From Flaccisagitta enflata (Eukaryota), in contig OZ231126.1 in assembly GCA_965153355.1 (NCBI GenBank), positions 4,650,001 through 4,714,000 on the forward strand: a DNA stretch of 64,000 nucleotides, written 5' to 3'. Of this stretch, positions 31,118 through 44,516 are shown piece by piece. Each line of letters starts with the position of its first letter. The stretch's first letter is position 1. The notes beneath the pieces were generated by a model, which saw nothing but the letters and a program-made list of their open reading frames with translations, had not been told where the DNA came from and did no database searches. Both the position numbers and the translations under genes were made by a program.

Positions 31118-31808
31118 AGAACACAGTGGGATCGTCGACCCACAGGAGGACGCGTGTAATAGAATACTTTCATTTAGACTATGTTTTACAGTCAGTCGTG
31201 AGTTTCACATTTCAGTAATTAGTATTCCGTTAAGACCTTTTTCAAATCATAATAATTCAGTGACTTCAGTTAGAAATTTCGTTATTCATCGCTCGTCACT
31301 ATTGCCAGAACGTATTTACATACTAGGAATTCCTTATCAGTCACTTCTTGTGTCAGAATTGAATCACAGCGTTAATAAGATCAGAACGCCAAACCCAGAA
31401 AAGTCATCATCTTTACAACTTTCTGAAACTCAGTATAGCGTACTTTCGCAACTGCGAGATACTAATTCGTTAGAGCGAGATCCTACGATAGTTTATTCGC
31501 TATTACCGGTTTCTTTAGACAAAACATTTTCGGCATTCGATAATTCAAATTATACTTCTCTTATGATTCATCTTTCCATCTCGATCATTTTGTTCGAGGA
31601 GAAAGGTCGTCCATTCGATAGATACCATTCTGAAATAAAATCCTCTTTGCCTTGTCTCTCGATTCATTTTCTCTTTGTCTTCGATCGCGATTATTTTTCT
31701 CTTATTCTACTCGATTCCTTCCACTCGTGTTCAGAGAAAGTAGTCTTCCGCACTTGTGTCCTCACATGTGTTTACCGCGTTATTCATTCCGCGAAGAAAA
31801 ATAGCATC

Positions 31809-34800
31809 ATGCCTCGATCGTTTAAATCGATGCACAGTCGTCAAATTTCCGACGACGGGATCGAAGAAGAGGGTTTCGTGCCCAACACTCGATTGAGCCG
31901 ATTCGACAAAGAGCAAGAGGATAGAAAATTGAGACAGAAATATAGACTCGTCGTTGCAAGAGAACAGACGGCGAGATGGGTCGCGAAGGGAGGAGAAGAA
32001 AGTGAGGAGGAGGAGGAAGCAGTCGAAGTCGACATGGCCAATCCATCGGCCACTCGCAACGACATCATCTTCCCTACCACCGTCGACCTTGCGAACACTC
32101 ATCGCGTCGAACCTCCTCGACGACATTTTCAAATCTCTTCCATTCCCCAAGTACCTCCATTCCACTCGCGGCCAAAGTCACCGCCACCTCCTCCGCCACA
32201 TGATCCGCCGTTTGACACTTTATCGTCTCGCGCCCCTTCTCCCGTTTCCTCTATCGCTTCTTCTTCCGTCGTCTCGATGAATTCGACTCTGGTGGGCGAC
32301 GACAGTCAGTCAGGACCGGTCACTCATGTGTTCAGACCGGGGATGGCAGCCTCGGCGGTCCTGGCTGACAACGACGCTGATGATTCGAAGAAAAATGACG
32401 AGATCTCAACGAAAACCAACGACGCCGCCGCCGCCTCTCTTACTCTTCCTCCTCCTCTCAGGACGACGTCACCCCGGCCAGTCTCAAGAAAGCCGCCGAA
32501 GAAGGGCAGCCGAAGGGAAGCGGCAGTGGCAAGACCGTCTGCGTCTTCGCCCTGTCCCGCGGACCTGACGCTGACCCGAAACCAGCGGAAGAAGATTTAT
32601 CGGAAACAGAGGGAAGATGCAGAAAGAAAAGAACTGAGTGGCTTGTCGGAAGAACAGAAGAAATTAAAAGAATATCAACAGCGGATCCAACTCCAGGCCG
32701 ACAAGGACCATCTCAAGGCCAGAAGACGTCACGATCAAAGGGAAAGAGCAAGACAGAAAGCAGAAAAGGAAGGAGAAGAAAAGTTTAAGGTGGACAAGAG
32801 CGCGAAAGAAAGGCAGAAGGAAGCAGAAAAGAAAAGAAAAGAACAGCAGAAGGAAGAAGCGGAACTGAAAGAAAGGGTGGAAAAACTAAAGATGATGAAG
32901 GAAAAGTTGGTGAAAATGGGAGGAGTAGAAGAAGCGAAAGAACTAATAGAAAGAGAAATGGAAGAGGAGGAAGAGGAAGAGGAAGTAGAAATAGAAGTCG
33001 AAGACGACTGGCAAGCGATCGCCGCGGAATTCGACGTCGTTCTTCCCATGGTCAAAACCCAGTATCCAAAGCCGGGTCAACCAAAAGAAGTAAAAAGAAT
33101 AAAAGTGTCAAAGGAAAAGAAGAAAGAAAGAAAGAGAGAGGAGAGGGAAGCGCATAACGCGGCCGACCTCATCAACATTTCGGCCGAAATTTACGGAAAA
33201 CAGCCCGAAGACGACTTCAGCGAAAATGACCCGAGGGAATTGATGCGTCTCTACGATGAAGCGGACCAGGAGTGGACGAAAATCGAAGAATACCGTTCAC
33301 TCGAAGCTCATCCGACCCACACCCCACAACAACGGGCCGCCATGAGCCATGACGACCAGAATTACCTCTTTTCAGAGGTCCGTCCATGCAAGACCAAGGC
33401 CGAGGCGGAAATGCTGAAACGTCGTTGGGAGGAAGCAATCGGACCGGAAGTATATCAGTACTACCGCTCTTTCGGATGGCGCGTCCCGGATTGGCTGGAA
33501 TGGGGGAAAGTTCTCAAACTCCAAGATAAAAAGATTAGGGTAAATATCTCCGCCAATCACGCGAAAGACCTTTGTAGTCACTCAATCAACCAATCTATCT
33601 TGGTTTTCCATAGTCCCACTTTGATTTTCAATAAACTTATGTTTCTTGTTCTTGAATCCTCAATCACTTTCACAAAATTCTCATACACCCTCCAGGCGGT
33701 CTTTCGAGGCATTCTCCGTCATGCCGGGGCCACCGAGGACGAAGTGAAGGAGTTTGACGATAAATGTCATCGTGCCCTCTTCAACGATAAAACCATGATG
33801 AGTTATCCTCAAATGAACGCGCAAGAGTTGGAGTCGGCGATGCGTTACGCGTTTCGCACGGGCCACCGAACGTCTCTGGTGCTAAGCTGCAACCCTCGCC
33901 GCCGCGGTTACCAGATGAAGACGGAACTGAAATGGGACGACAAGGAGATCGACTACGATCGTCCATCGACCTATTTCGACGGCGCGACCATCCGATCGGC
34001 ACAAGCAAAGCGTCAGGCTGAAGCGGATCGGCAACGGAACGCTCGCTTCGCCCGCGATCGAGCGGCGCAAGAACGCCGCGACGCCGACGCACGAGCCGCC
34101 GAAGAAGCGCGTCGAGCCGGTTTACCAGTCATCGGTAAAAAGACTGATAATTACCAGTTGACAACTCAGCGTAAGGTTATTTTAGAAGAAGAAAAGAAAT
34201 CAAAACAGCGCATCATGAACTTGAAGAGATCGCTAGGAAAAGAACAAGAAACAAAAAAGGACATTAAAAGAAGAAAAACTAAGAACACCATCTTGAGCAA
34301 GAAAGTGAGAGAAGTGAAAGAGATAGCAGATTCACTACCTCCAGTTTTAGCTCAACAAAGAAGAGTCTTCCTCGAGGTAGTTTCAAAGGCAGATGCATCA
34401 CCCCTGGAGACCTTTGAAGAATTCCAAGAAAAATGGGAAAAAGAACAACAAAGAAAGGCAGAAGAACAAGAAAAACAAGAAAAAACAGACGAGTTAGAAC
34501 AGACCAAAGAACAAGAAGAACAAGAAAAAACAAACGAGTTAGAACAAGAAGAAACAAAGAAAACAGAACAGAGTGAAAACCAACCGAAACGAAAAGTCAA
34601 AATCAGAAGAAAAGTAGTATTACTTTCAGAACAGGTCGAGAAAGAACAACAGGCAGAAGAAGAACGAAACGAAAAAGAACAAAACGAAGAGAAACAGAAC
34701 GGAGAAGAACGAAATGGAGAAGAACAGATGGAAACAGAACAGATCGAGACAGAACAAATTGAAACAGAACAAATAGAAACAGAAAAAGAAGATACAAAAC

Positions 34801-34962
34801 AATCCGGCGAGTCAGAACAGAATGATACAGAACAAAACAATGAAGAACCAGACTTGCTAGAATTAAAAATAGGAGAGGAAGAATATGAAACATTAGATTT
34901 AGAAGAAGAGTTAGGGATTGACAGGGACATTTCCTCTCAACCTGTACAGAACAAATCGTCAC

Positions 34963-34963
<1 letters not shown>
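31809..34963 (+). CDS. Retrotransposon ORF3: large charged/coiled-coil accessory protein, not env-like; probable intron 33540-33695; C-terminus truncated
   Basis: The likely start is ATG 31809 (MPRSFKS), where composition turns coding-like. It has Pro/Ser-rich, E/K/R coiled-coil-like and acidic regions around a ~200-aa aromatic-rich core. No signal peptide or transmembrane helix once the putative intron is removed. It runs into (CT)n. Confidence 0.7.
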
Positions 34964-36270
<1,307 letters not shown>

Positions 36271-38465
36271 GTACATGGATGTGTGTTTCGTAATAAGATG
36301 AGATATGAGACCGGGCAACGATGCGTCCAGGCCGTGTCTGTGCCTGTATTGACAGATAGACAAACAGATGAAAAACAACTAAGTAGTAAAGGAGGCTCCA
36401 AAAACATGTTTGGTTGATCATTTGTTTCAGTATAGGATCTCACCGTGGCCAAAAACAGTCGAGAAACGCGGTTTTTGCACTTGCGCAACGGACATAGGGA
36501 CGGACGGACGGACGGACCAACCCTTTTATAGAGATGTGTTCCTGACGGACGCATCTAAAAAGAATGAAAAAAAGGAAGAAACAAACAAGCAAGCGAAGGG
36601 AGAAACAAAGGAAGACAGAAAAAAGAATGGAATGATGGAAGAAAATAAGAAAGAAAGATAGATATGGAGAGGGAAGAAAGAAAGAACAAGGCCGGATACA
36701 CGGCCATCAGTTGCAGACAGGTGGGCAGGGGCAGAAATGCACGTTTTACCACTTTTCGACTCAATGATTACGGACGGATTGACGGACGGACGGACCGACA
36801 GACCGACGGACCGACGGATGGACGGACAAACAAAGCCTCTTACAGAGTTGCGTGTCCGCAACTAAAAATAAGCACAAATTAAAAATGTTAAATGGTCAGC
36901 GGTACTCACTGCCTTTAACTTGGAATATGTCAGAATATGGAAGGGAGAGGGGCAATGGTTCTGAAGAGTTGAATGGCTGATCTGTTGAAGGGTTGAAAAG
37001 TGATCACAAAATTTTGTGTTCCGTCCATTCTTTTAAAGTGATTTCAAGGGAACAACTTATTGTCATGTGCACGCGACTATATAAGCCGCTATATCCATTT
37101 GTCAGTCAGTCGGTTGGTCAGTCTGTCAGACCATCGTTGACACTTTGCCTTTACAGCATTTATGGGCGTTTTTTGCTGTGCTGCTCCTGCTCAAATGCTC
37201 GATTAGCCTTTTTTATCACTGCCCCTGCTCACCCACACATTACTTGGGTAGCCTTATATCCGGCAGGGTTCAACTGTAGTCATAAAAGTGTAAATTTTAG
37301 CGTTATGATGCCCCCTTATTTAGTTGATGTAAGGATGTGATAGTAAGAGGGACGTCGGCCTTAAAGGGAACAATTGCCTGTGCGCGGCTGTGATTTGCAT
37401 TATAACCTTTAAATTCAAAATTCAAATTCATCCAGCTAGTAAAGGAAGGCAACACTGCCTGTTGACCTAGCATCAATAAGTCAAACATTCATCCTTTCAA
37501 AAAACACCCATCAAATCACAAAGGTGATGTTACCGATACAATACCATACAATACCAAAGCACAAAACCTCCGAAGAGCTCCATGGATGTCTCGTACGAAA
37601 AGATAGGCCCACGATCCAACAGAGTCCAAAGCAGGAGGTACCATTATGATAACACCAGCAATTCTACCTAAATCATCTGTGAGGGCCAGAGCGTGCGGCT
37701 CTCTCACTATTCACCAGAACCACTATCGGCTGATTTCAAATGACCTTGGTATGGGGACATAAAAGATGGCGGATTTTGGAAAACTAAATCTATCTACCTT
37801 AAATTGAGAAAAACTGTAAAAAATCGGTGACCATTTTGAAGCTCTGCGAAAGAATTTTTAAATGAGACGTTGCTGGTTGCCCTAGCTTTATCCATTTAGA
37901 AATGGCATTGGAATAAACACCGGTTGTCAGAAATTTGAGAATTCACTATAGGACTTGCGAGTTTTTTGTTTGTTGTAACATAGAAACCAAACGCATTAAG
38001 TAAAAAATTCGTTCTTGGCGCCATTTTAAAGATGATTCAAAGCTCTTTAATTTGCTCATGGATATCCGGTGGCTGTGACAATTCTATATTGCATTATTAA
38101 GAAAAACGTTGAGACAAAAATTGACAATGTTTGCCCTTTTTGGAATCGGTGATATTTTTCTTCAAACCTATGCCATTTCTAAACAAATAAAGCGTGGGGC
38201 TTTCTGGGCGTGAGGCTGAGATTTGAGCCTCAACATTGAGACTGGGATTTGGGTTTTGAGGCTGGGTTGGACCTTGAGGCGGTGATTTAGTTCTCAAAAC
38301 GGTGATATGAGCATCGTGGCCTGAATTTGACTGAAGGAAAAAAAATCTAGTCATCCAAGGATCGCAAATGGTCAGCGGTACTCGTTGCCCTGCTTGGAGT
38401 GATTTCTTTAAGTCCTGAGAAGGCACATTTGAGACCGTTGGGGCTATTTTCCATGTTATTCAATG

Positions 38466-38466
38466 C

Positions 38467-38499
<33 letters not shown>

Positions 38500-38507
38500 G
38501 TTGTTAT

Positions 38508-38542
<35 letters not shown>

Positions 38543-38605
38543 ATTTGTTTGTTCTTTTTCTTCAAATCTTCTTCTTCTTCTTCTTCTTCTTCTTCTTCTT
38601 CTTTA

Positions 38606-38636
<31 letters not shown>

Positions 38637-39090
38637 CTTCGTCTTCATCTTCTTCTTCTTCTTCTTCTTTTTTTCTTTTTCTTCTTCTTCTTCTTCTTCT
38701 TCTTCTTCTTTCTTTCTCTATTTCATTTTCATTTTCATTTCTATTATTTTCTTCTTCTTCTTCTTCTTCTTCTTCTTCTTCTTCTTCTTCTTCTTCTTCT
38801 TCTTCTTCTTCTTCTTCTTCTTCTTCGTCTTCTTCTTCTTCTTTTTCTTCTTCCTCTTCTTCTTCTTCTTCTGCTTCTTCTTTTTTTTTCCTTTTCTTCT
38901 CTTTTTCTTTCGTCTTCTCTTTTTCTTTTCTTCTTTTTCTTCCTTTTTTTTTTTTTGGCTTTCATTGTTTGTTTTTTATTTGTTTTTGTTTTTGTTTTTG
39001 TTTTTTTTGTTTTTTGTTTTGTTTTTGTTTTTGTTTTTTTTGTTTTTGTTTTTGTTTTTGTTTTTTTGTTTTTGTTTTTGTTTTTGTTTT
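38466..39090. repeat. Compound microsatellite (GTT)n / (TTC)n / (TTTTTG)n
   Basis: Directly visible. Confidence 0.95.
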
Positions 39091-39873
39091 GGTACCAAGT
39101 TGGCAAAACACTGGTCAAGTTACCTTTCTGTTTTTCTTTTACTCAGGCTGGTTGGATTGGTCGTTCATGCCCTTCATTATCATTATTTTCATGACTTGAC
39201 ATTACCAATGGAGATTCGTGTCCTTTCGCGTGCATGCATCCCTTTTCACATCAAATTAAAGCGACATATTTGTTACAGTTTTGAACACAAAAAAAAAAAG
39301 ATGTTTACTTTGGACATTGTGTCCTTATCATCGTAAAATTGGGAGGTGCATATTTAGAGTCTAGTCTACCTGCAAAATAATTTTCAACATGATCCTTGCA
39401 GAACGTCATTGTATAGAGAAAAAGTCGGTATTAAAGCGAAAAAAAAAGTTGTGTTTTTTTCGTTTTTTTCCCCACTACATCAAGTCGTGAACTGAACTGA
39501 CAATGAAGGATGAAAAAAGGTAATGATCCAGGAATTCTATCTTCTCTCAACCAATGAATACAAAATGTAGCGTGCTGGTGAGCGGGGACTGTATTTGGGC
39601 AGGAGTAGTGAGGCCAAAGAAAAAAAAACAGAAAATAGTAAAAGTGTAACTGACCAACTGAAAGTCGGATGGACGGACGGACAGACAAAGTGGGTTGTAG
39701 AGTCGCGAAACTCACACCTAAAAAGAGAAAAAATCATGACTTTCAAATCTTGAAACATTAACAATTATTGGCTATGCAAAGACTATCTTTGATCACAGGA
39801 GTCTTTTGTGCTTGTACTGCCGTATGCTATTCCGTAGGTGACTGTCTTTCTTGTTATTATCATTATTATCACT

Positions 39874-39983
<110 letters not shown>

Positions 39984-42329
39984 CGTTGTTTGTCGTTGTT
40001 AATGACCTATGCTTTCACACATAGGGGAAATTTTTCCGGTCTTTTTTCAATGTACCTTCCTACGTGTAATGCGCAGGGGTGTATGAAAATGAGCGGCCTT
40101 TGATTTCTTTTCCCCCTGGCATTGGATTTTTCTTCCCCGCCAGGTCGTAAAATTGTTTGATTTTCTATCCCATAGAATATAAATATAGTATGAATATGGT
40201 CAAAATAGTGTTGAAGTAACCAAATACTATCTTTTGGTACTGCCAAAAGTGTAAAATCTTCAAAAAAATTGTCTTTTCTTTTTATCCACCCTTTGTCCTT
40301 TCACTCCTTTGATATAGGAACGTTCGCACATCAGATTGTGAAGTGATTAGGTGGGAAAAAAAGTTGACTGATTTTTTAAACGACCAAACAGACAATGAAA
40401 ATTTTAGAAAAGAAAAGATTAATTAATCATTTTGCTTGTCTAGTATTACGTAGAAACGACCAACAGAATCAGAATGTCATTTTTCAGCGAGTAGAAATAA
40501 GTGAGGTTTAGAGGAATGATACTTGTAACAAGGCCGGATACACGGCCACCAGTTGAGGACGGATGGGCAGGGGCGGAAATGCGCGTTTTCAAACTTTTTA
40601 CCTCGATCATTACGGACTAACGGACCGACGGACAGACCGACGGAGGGACCGACGGACGGACCAATGGACAAAGCCTCTTACAGAGTTGCGTGTCCGCAAC
40701 TAAAAAGCCCTGTACTCCAACAGACATATAGTTTCAACCTTGTTGATTCTAGATCTGGTTTCATTTTTATTCCGATCTCATCCGAAGCAACGCGATCATA
40801 ATAAGAAGACAAAGCATCTCCTAACAAATCCAACACTTATAAGTCGCTTGCGAGACTAGACATTTAGAAGGCTGGTGTCATGCTAAGCCAACTGAGGACG
40901 GGTGGAATTCGTCAATTTTACATGTTGGAAAATTGAAGAAAATCATACATCATTATGTAGCCTAGCTATCATTACATATGGATCCATACTTGGATTTTCT
41001 TAAGTACGCTCATTTTTCATGCAAATTAGGCATAAAAAGGTACTATGGGCAGTTTTATTACTAAAGAATTTAGCTAAATACAATAAAGAAATCAATATGA
41101 CTGTAAAATTCTTATTGATAACGTTCAAGCAATCATGTGTGATCATTTGTTGCTAAGAAATTTTGAATTTTTTAGTTTTTTAAAAAAAATCTCTATAAGT
41201 ACCATTTCTGGCTGGGTGGGCTGTTGGAGAAAAATTGTTTTACCCAAGCGCTTATTCAAGTCAGTGATGAGGAACCTTTAAAGAAAGCTTCATGCAAAAT
41301 TTCAACCAGATCGGACAATTATTATGGAAGTTATGCCATTTTTTAATTTTTTCATCTGGTAGGCTGGTTGGTCTGGTCGGACTGCATAACATTTTTTAGG
41401 TCGCATCAGAATCTAGGCAACGGACCCTTTTGGTCTAGGTATGACAGCGTCCCCCCGAAGGCAACATTTGTGTTTCAAAGAGGGTCAAAATGGAAATTTT
41501 GAATAGATGGAAATAAAAAAGTAAGTGAATAAAAGTGATTCGGATAGCTCAGACATAATATTTAAAAGAAAAATTTGCATTCATTTAGCAAGAAGGGTCA
41601 AGTTTAACCAATGTCACTAAAAAAATTTATTGAAAATTTCTATTTTTTTTTCATTTTTGGTCACTGACAGGGGGCTGGTCTAAATTCTAATTTGCATAGA
41701 AAATGAAAATATTAAAAAACAAAGAACATAGTTCTCATCCCAAATCAATTACAGAGAGAATTATGTTTTTCAAAATGCAAAATTTCCATGTGTATGGCTT
41801 TCTTAGAATTTAGACCACTTTAAATAAAAAAAAAATCTAAGCAGAAACTTGCTAAAATTGTAGGTAAACGCCCTAATTCTTCGAGGCGCTAAAATGTCGC
41901 TAGAGAGCAGAAAAACGGAATGGAACCATTTTGGATCTTCCCTTGCAAAGCTCCAAAAACCGTTAAAAATGCTTATATGAACCAAGGAAAGTATGATTCT
42001 GAATGCTGACGACACGAGCTATTGATTGGTGTAAGTTTTTAAAGCCAACTATGAGAACAAGATATTGTTTTTCCTCTTTTCTTGCTTTCCTGACTTGTTA
42101 CTGCGATATGCGAATATGAACTTTGATGTATATGGGCTCAATAGATGCAGTTTCGTTTTTTCTTTCAAATGAGACCTTTCCGAAACTTGAGATCAGCCCC
42201 ACGCGGCCTCACGAATGATATTAAGACGACTCTTATCTGCTCGATTTTCCGTAGTTTTCTTTCGCGTTGTTTGGTTAACCGCATAAGCTACTTCACTTCA
42301 CATGAATGAAAGAATCAACTGTGGATCGT

Positions 42330-43207
42330 CTCTAGACTCGCGATTCCGTCTGTAGACTCGCAATTCTGTCTGTAGACTGGAGGATTCATCTTATGAAACC
42401 TAATTCAGCTCTATATTTCATGATTCCATCTAACCAGGCTATGATTCCATCTCTGTAGACTCTTGATTCCATCTGTAGACTCGCGATTCAATCCCACAAC
42501 ATTCCTGAGATTCCATCTATGGCTTGCGATTCCGTCTGTAGACTCGCGATTTCATCTGTAGACTCCGCGATTCCATCTTTAGACTCGCAATTCCATCTGT
42601 AGACTCATGATTCCGTCTGTAGACTCATGATCTCGTCTGTAGACTCGCGATTCCGTCTGTAGACTCCCACGATTCCGTCTGTAGAATCGCGATTCCGTCT
42701 GTAGACTCGCGATTGCGTCCTGGCGAACTCGCGGTCGATCTGTAGACTCGCGATTCCGTCTGTAGACTCGCGATTCCGTCTGTAGACTCGCGATTACGTC
42801 TGTAGACTCGCGATTACGTCTGTAGACTCGCGATTACGTCTGTAGACTCGCGATTACATCTGTAGACTCGCAATTACGTCTGTAGACTCGCGATCCGTCT
42901 GTAGACTCGCCATTCTGTCTTTAGACTCACCATTCTGTCTGTAGACTCGCGAGTTTGTCTGTAGACTCGCGGTTCCGTCTGTAGACTCGCGGTTCCGTCT
43001 GTAGACTCGCGGTTCCGTCTGTAGACTCGCGATTCCATCTGTAGACTCGCCATTCCGTCTGTAGACTCGCCATTCTGTCTGTAGACTCGCGAGTCCATCT
43101 GTAGACTCGTGATTCCGTCTGTAGACTTGCAATTCTGTCTGTAGACTCACAATTCCGTCTGTAGATTCGTCATTCCGTCTGTAGGCTCGCCATTCCATCT
43201 GTAGACA
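42330..43207. repeat. 20-bp minisatellite, consensus TCTGTAGACTCGCGATTCCG, roughly 40 copies
   Basis: Directly visible, degenerating toward the left edge. Confidence 0.95.
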
Positions 43208-43261
43208 TCAGATCTCGCTCTCTTATGCTGGTTCAGTTTTCATGATTTTTCTACAAGTGGT

Positions 43262-44433
43262 ACACATGTTCCCTTGTCTTTTCCATCCTGCCACTCTTCA
43301 CCTGTCATGTTCCCTTGTCTTTTCCATCCTGCCACTCTTCACCTGTCATGTTCCCTTGTCTTTTCCATCCTGCCACTCTTCACCTGTCATGTTCCCTTGT
43401 CTTTTCCATTCTGTCACTCTTTACACTTGTCATGTTCCCTTGTCTTTTCCATCCTGCCACTCTTCACCTGTCATGTTCCCTTGTCTTTTCCATCCTGCGT
43501 CGCATTGACAAGTTGCGTTTCCTCCATTTAAGGTACATGTTCCAAACCCACACGGATTTGGTTGGCATTCAGAAACGCATTTGAGTTGTTCAACATCAAC
43601 AGACCAAAAAGAACTACGACCTGCGGTACTGCGACACCTCACGCGCAAGGAGGAACCACTGGATGGAATGGATGGATGGTCGGTTGGATGGTTGGATGGT
43701 TGGATGAAAGGATGGATGAATAGATTGTTGATCAGATGATGGATGGATGATTGATGAAGGGGTGAATGGGAGAAGAGATTGACAGTTGTATAGATGATGG
43801 AATGAATGGATGGATGGCAGAATAGATGGTTTGCTGGGTGGATGGATCAAAAGAAGATTGATAGACGAATAGATGGATGGATGGATTGATGGATTGATGG
43901 ATGGATGGATTGATGGATGGATTGATGGATGGATTAAGGGCTGAATACTAGCTAAAAAATAGATGAGCATCATCTTTGGAAGAATGCTGCTCTCAAACGA
44001 ATAAATCCACAACAACCAGATTGGTCTCATTTCAAAGAGTTGTTGAAACTCTTTCAAATCAACCAATCTGGGGACCGTAGCTCAATTTGTTTAGGAACAG
44101 CATTCCAAAGTTGATGCCTACTTTCAGATGGGAACATTTTTATTTCTAAGATGGTAAATTGTCGGGAATATAGATGGATGTGTGGATGGATGAATGAAAC
44201 GGTCCAATGTTAGAGGGAGTGATAAAGAGATGAATAGAAGCAGAAATGAGAAAGCAGAAAGAAAATTGTCTTCAAACAGTTTTCTTGATTCTTGATGTTC
44301 AAGATGTTCTTTGGTTCAGTAAAGATGACGTCAAAGATAATCAAAATTACTTACTATGTTTGAGGAGCCCATGAGGTAGAAAGAAGCTTATTCACCAGGC
44401 GGTATCCTGTCATGCAAAGAGAAAAAGAGAGAA

Positions 44434-44516
<83 letters not shown>

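Larger units (their letters stand above)
21512..34963 (+). mobile_element. BEL/Pao (Belpaoviridae) LTR retrotransposon: 5' LTR + gag + pol + ORF3, 3' end missing
   Basis: Gag with three Cys/His boxes and pol in PR-RT-RH-IN order with Pao-specific motifs. The element ends abruptly in a (CT)n tract. Confidence 0.93.

Noticed and set aside
37303-37760. Short ORFs in complex-looking sequence
   Set aside because: No recognisable motif or consistent splice sites in any frame.
39775-39838. Possible signal-peptide exon MQRLSLITGVFCACTAVCYSV|GT on the plus strand
   Set aside because: No recognisable downstream exon, so it could be chance.
42192-42295. Possible last exon of the CBM14-Sushi-EGF gene (AYAVNQTTRKK...AAWG*)
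   Set aside because: Phase can be made to fit, but there is no motif support and it overlaps a possible transposon end.
42330-43500. CRISPR-like appearance of the regular repeats
   Set aside because: Head-to-tail tandem units with constant linkers, no unique spacers, no cas genes, and a eukaryotic context.
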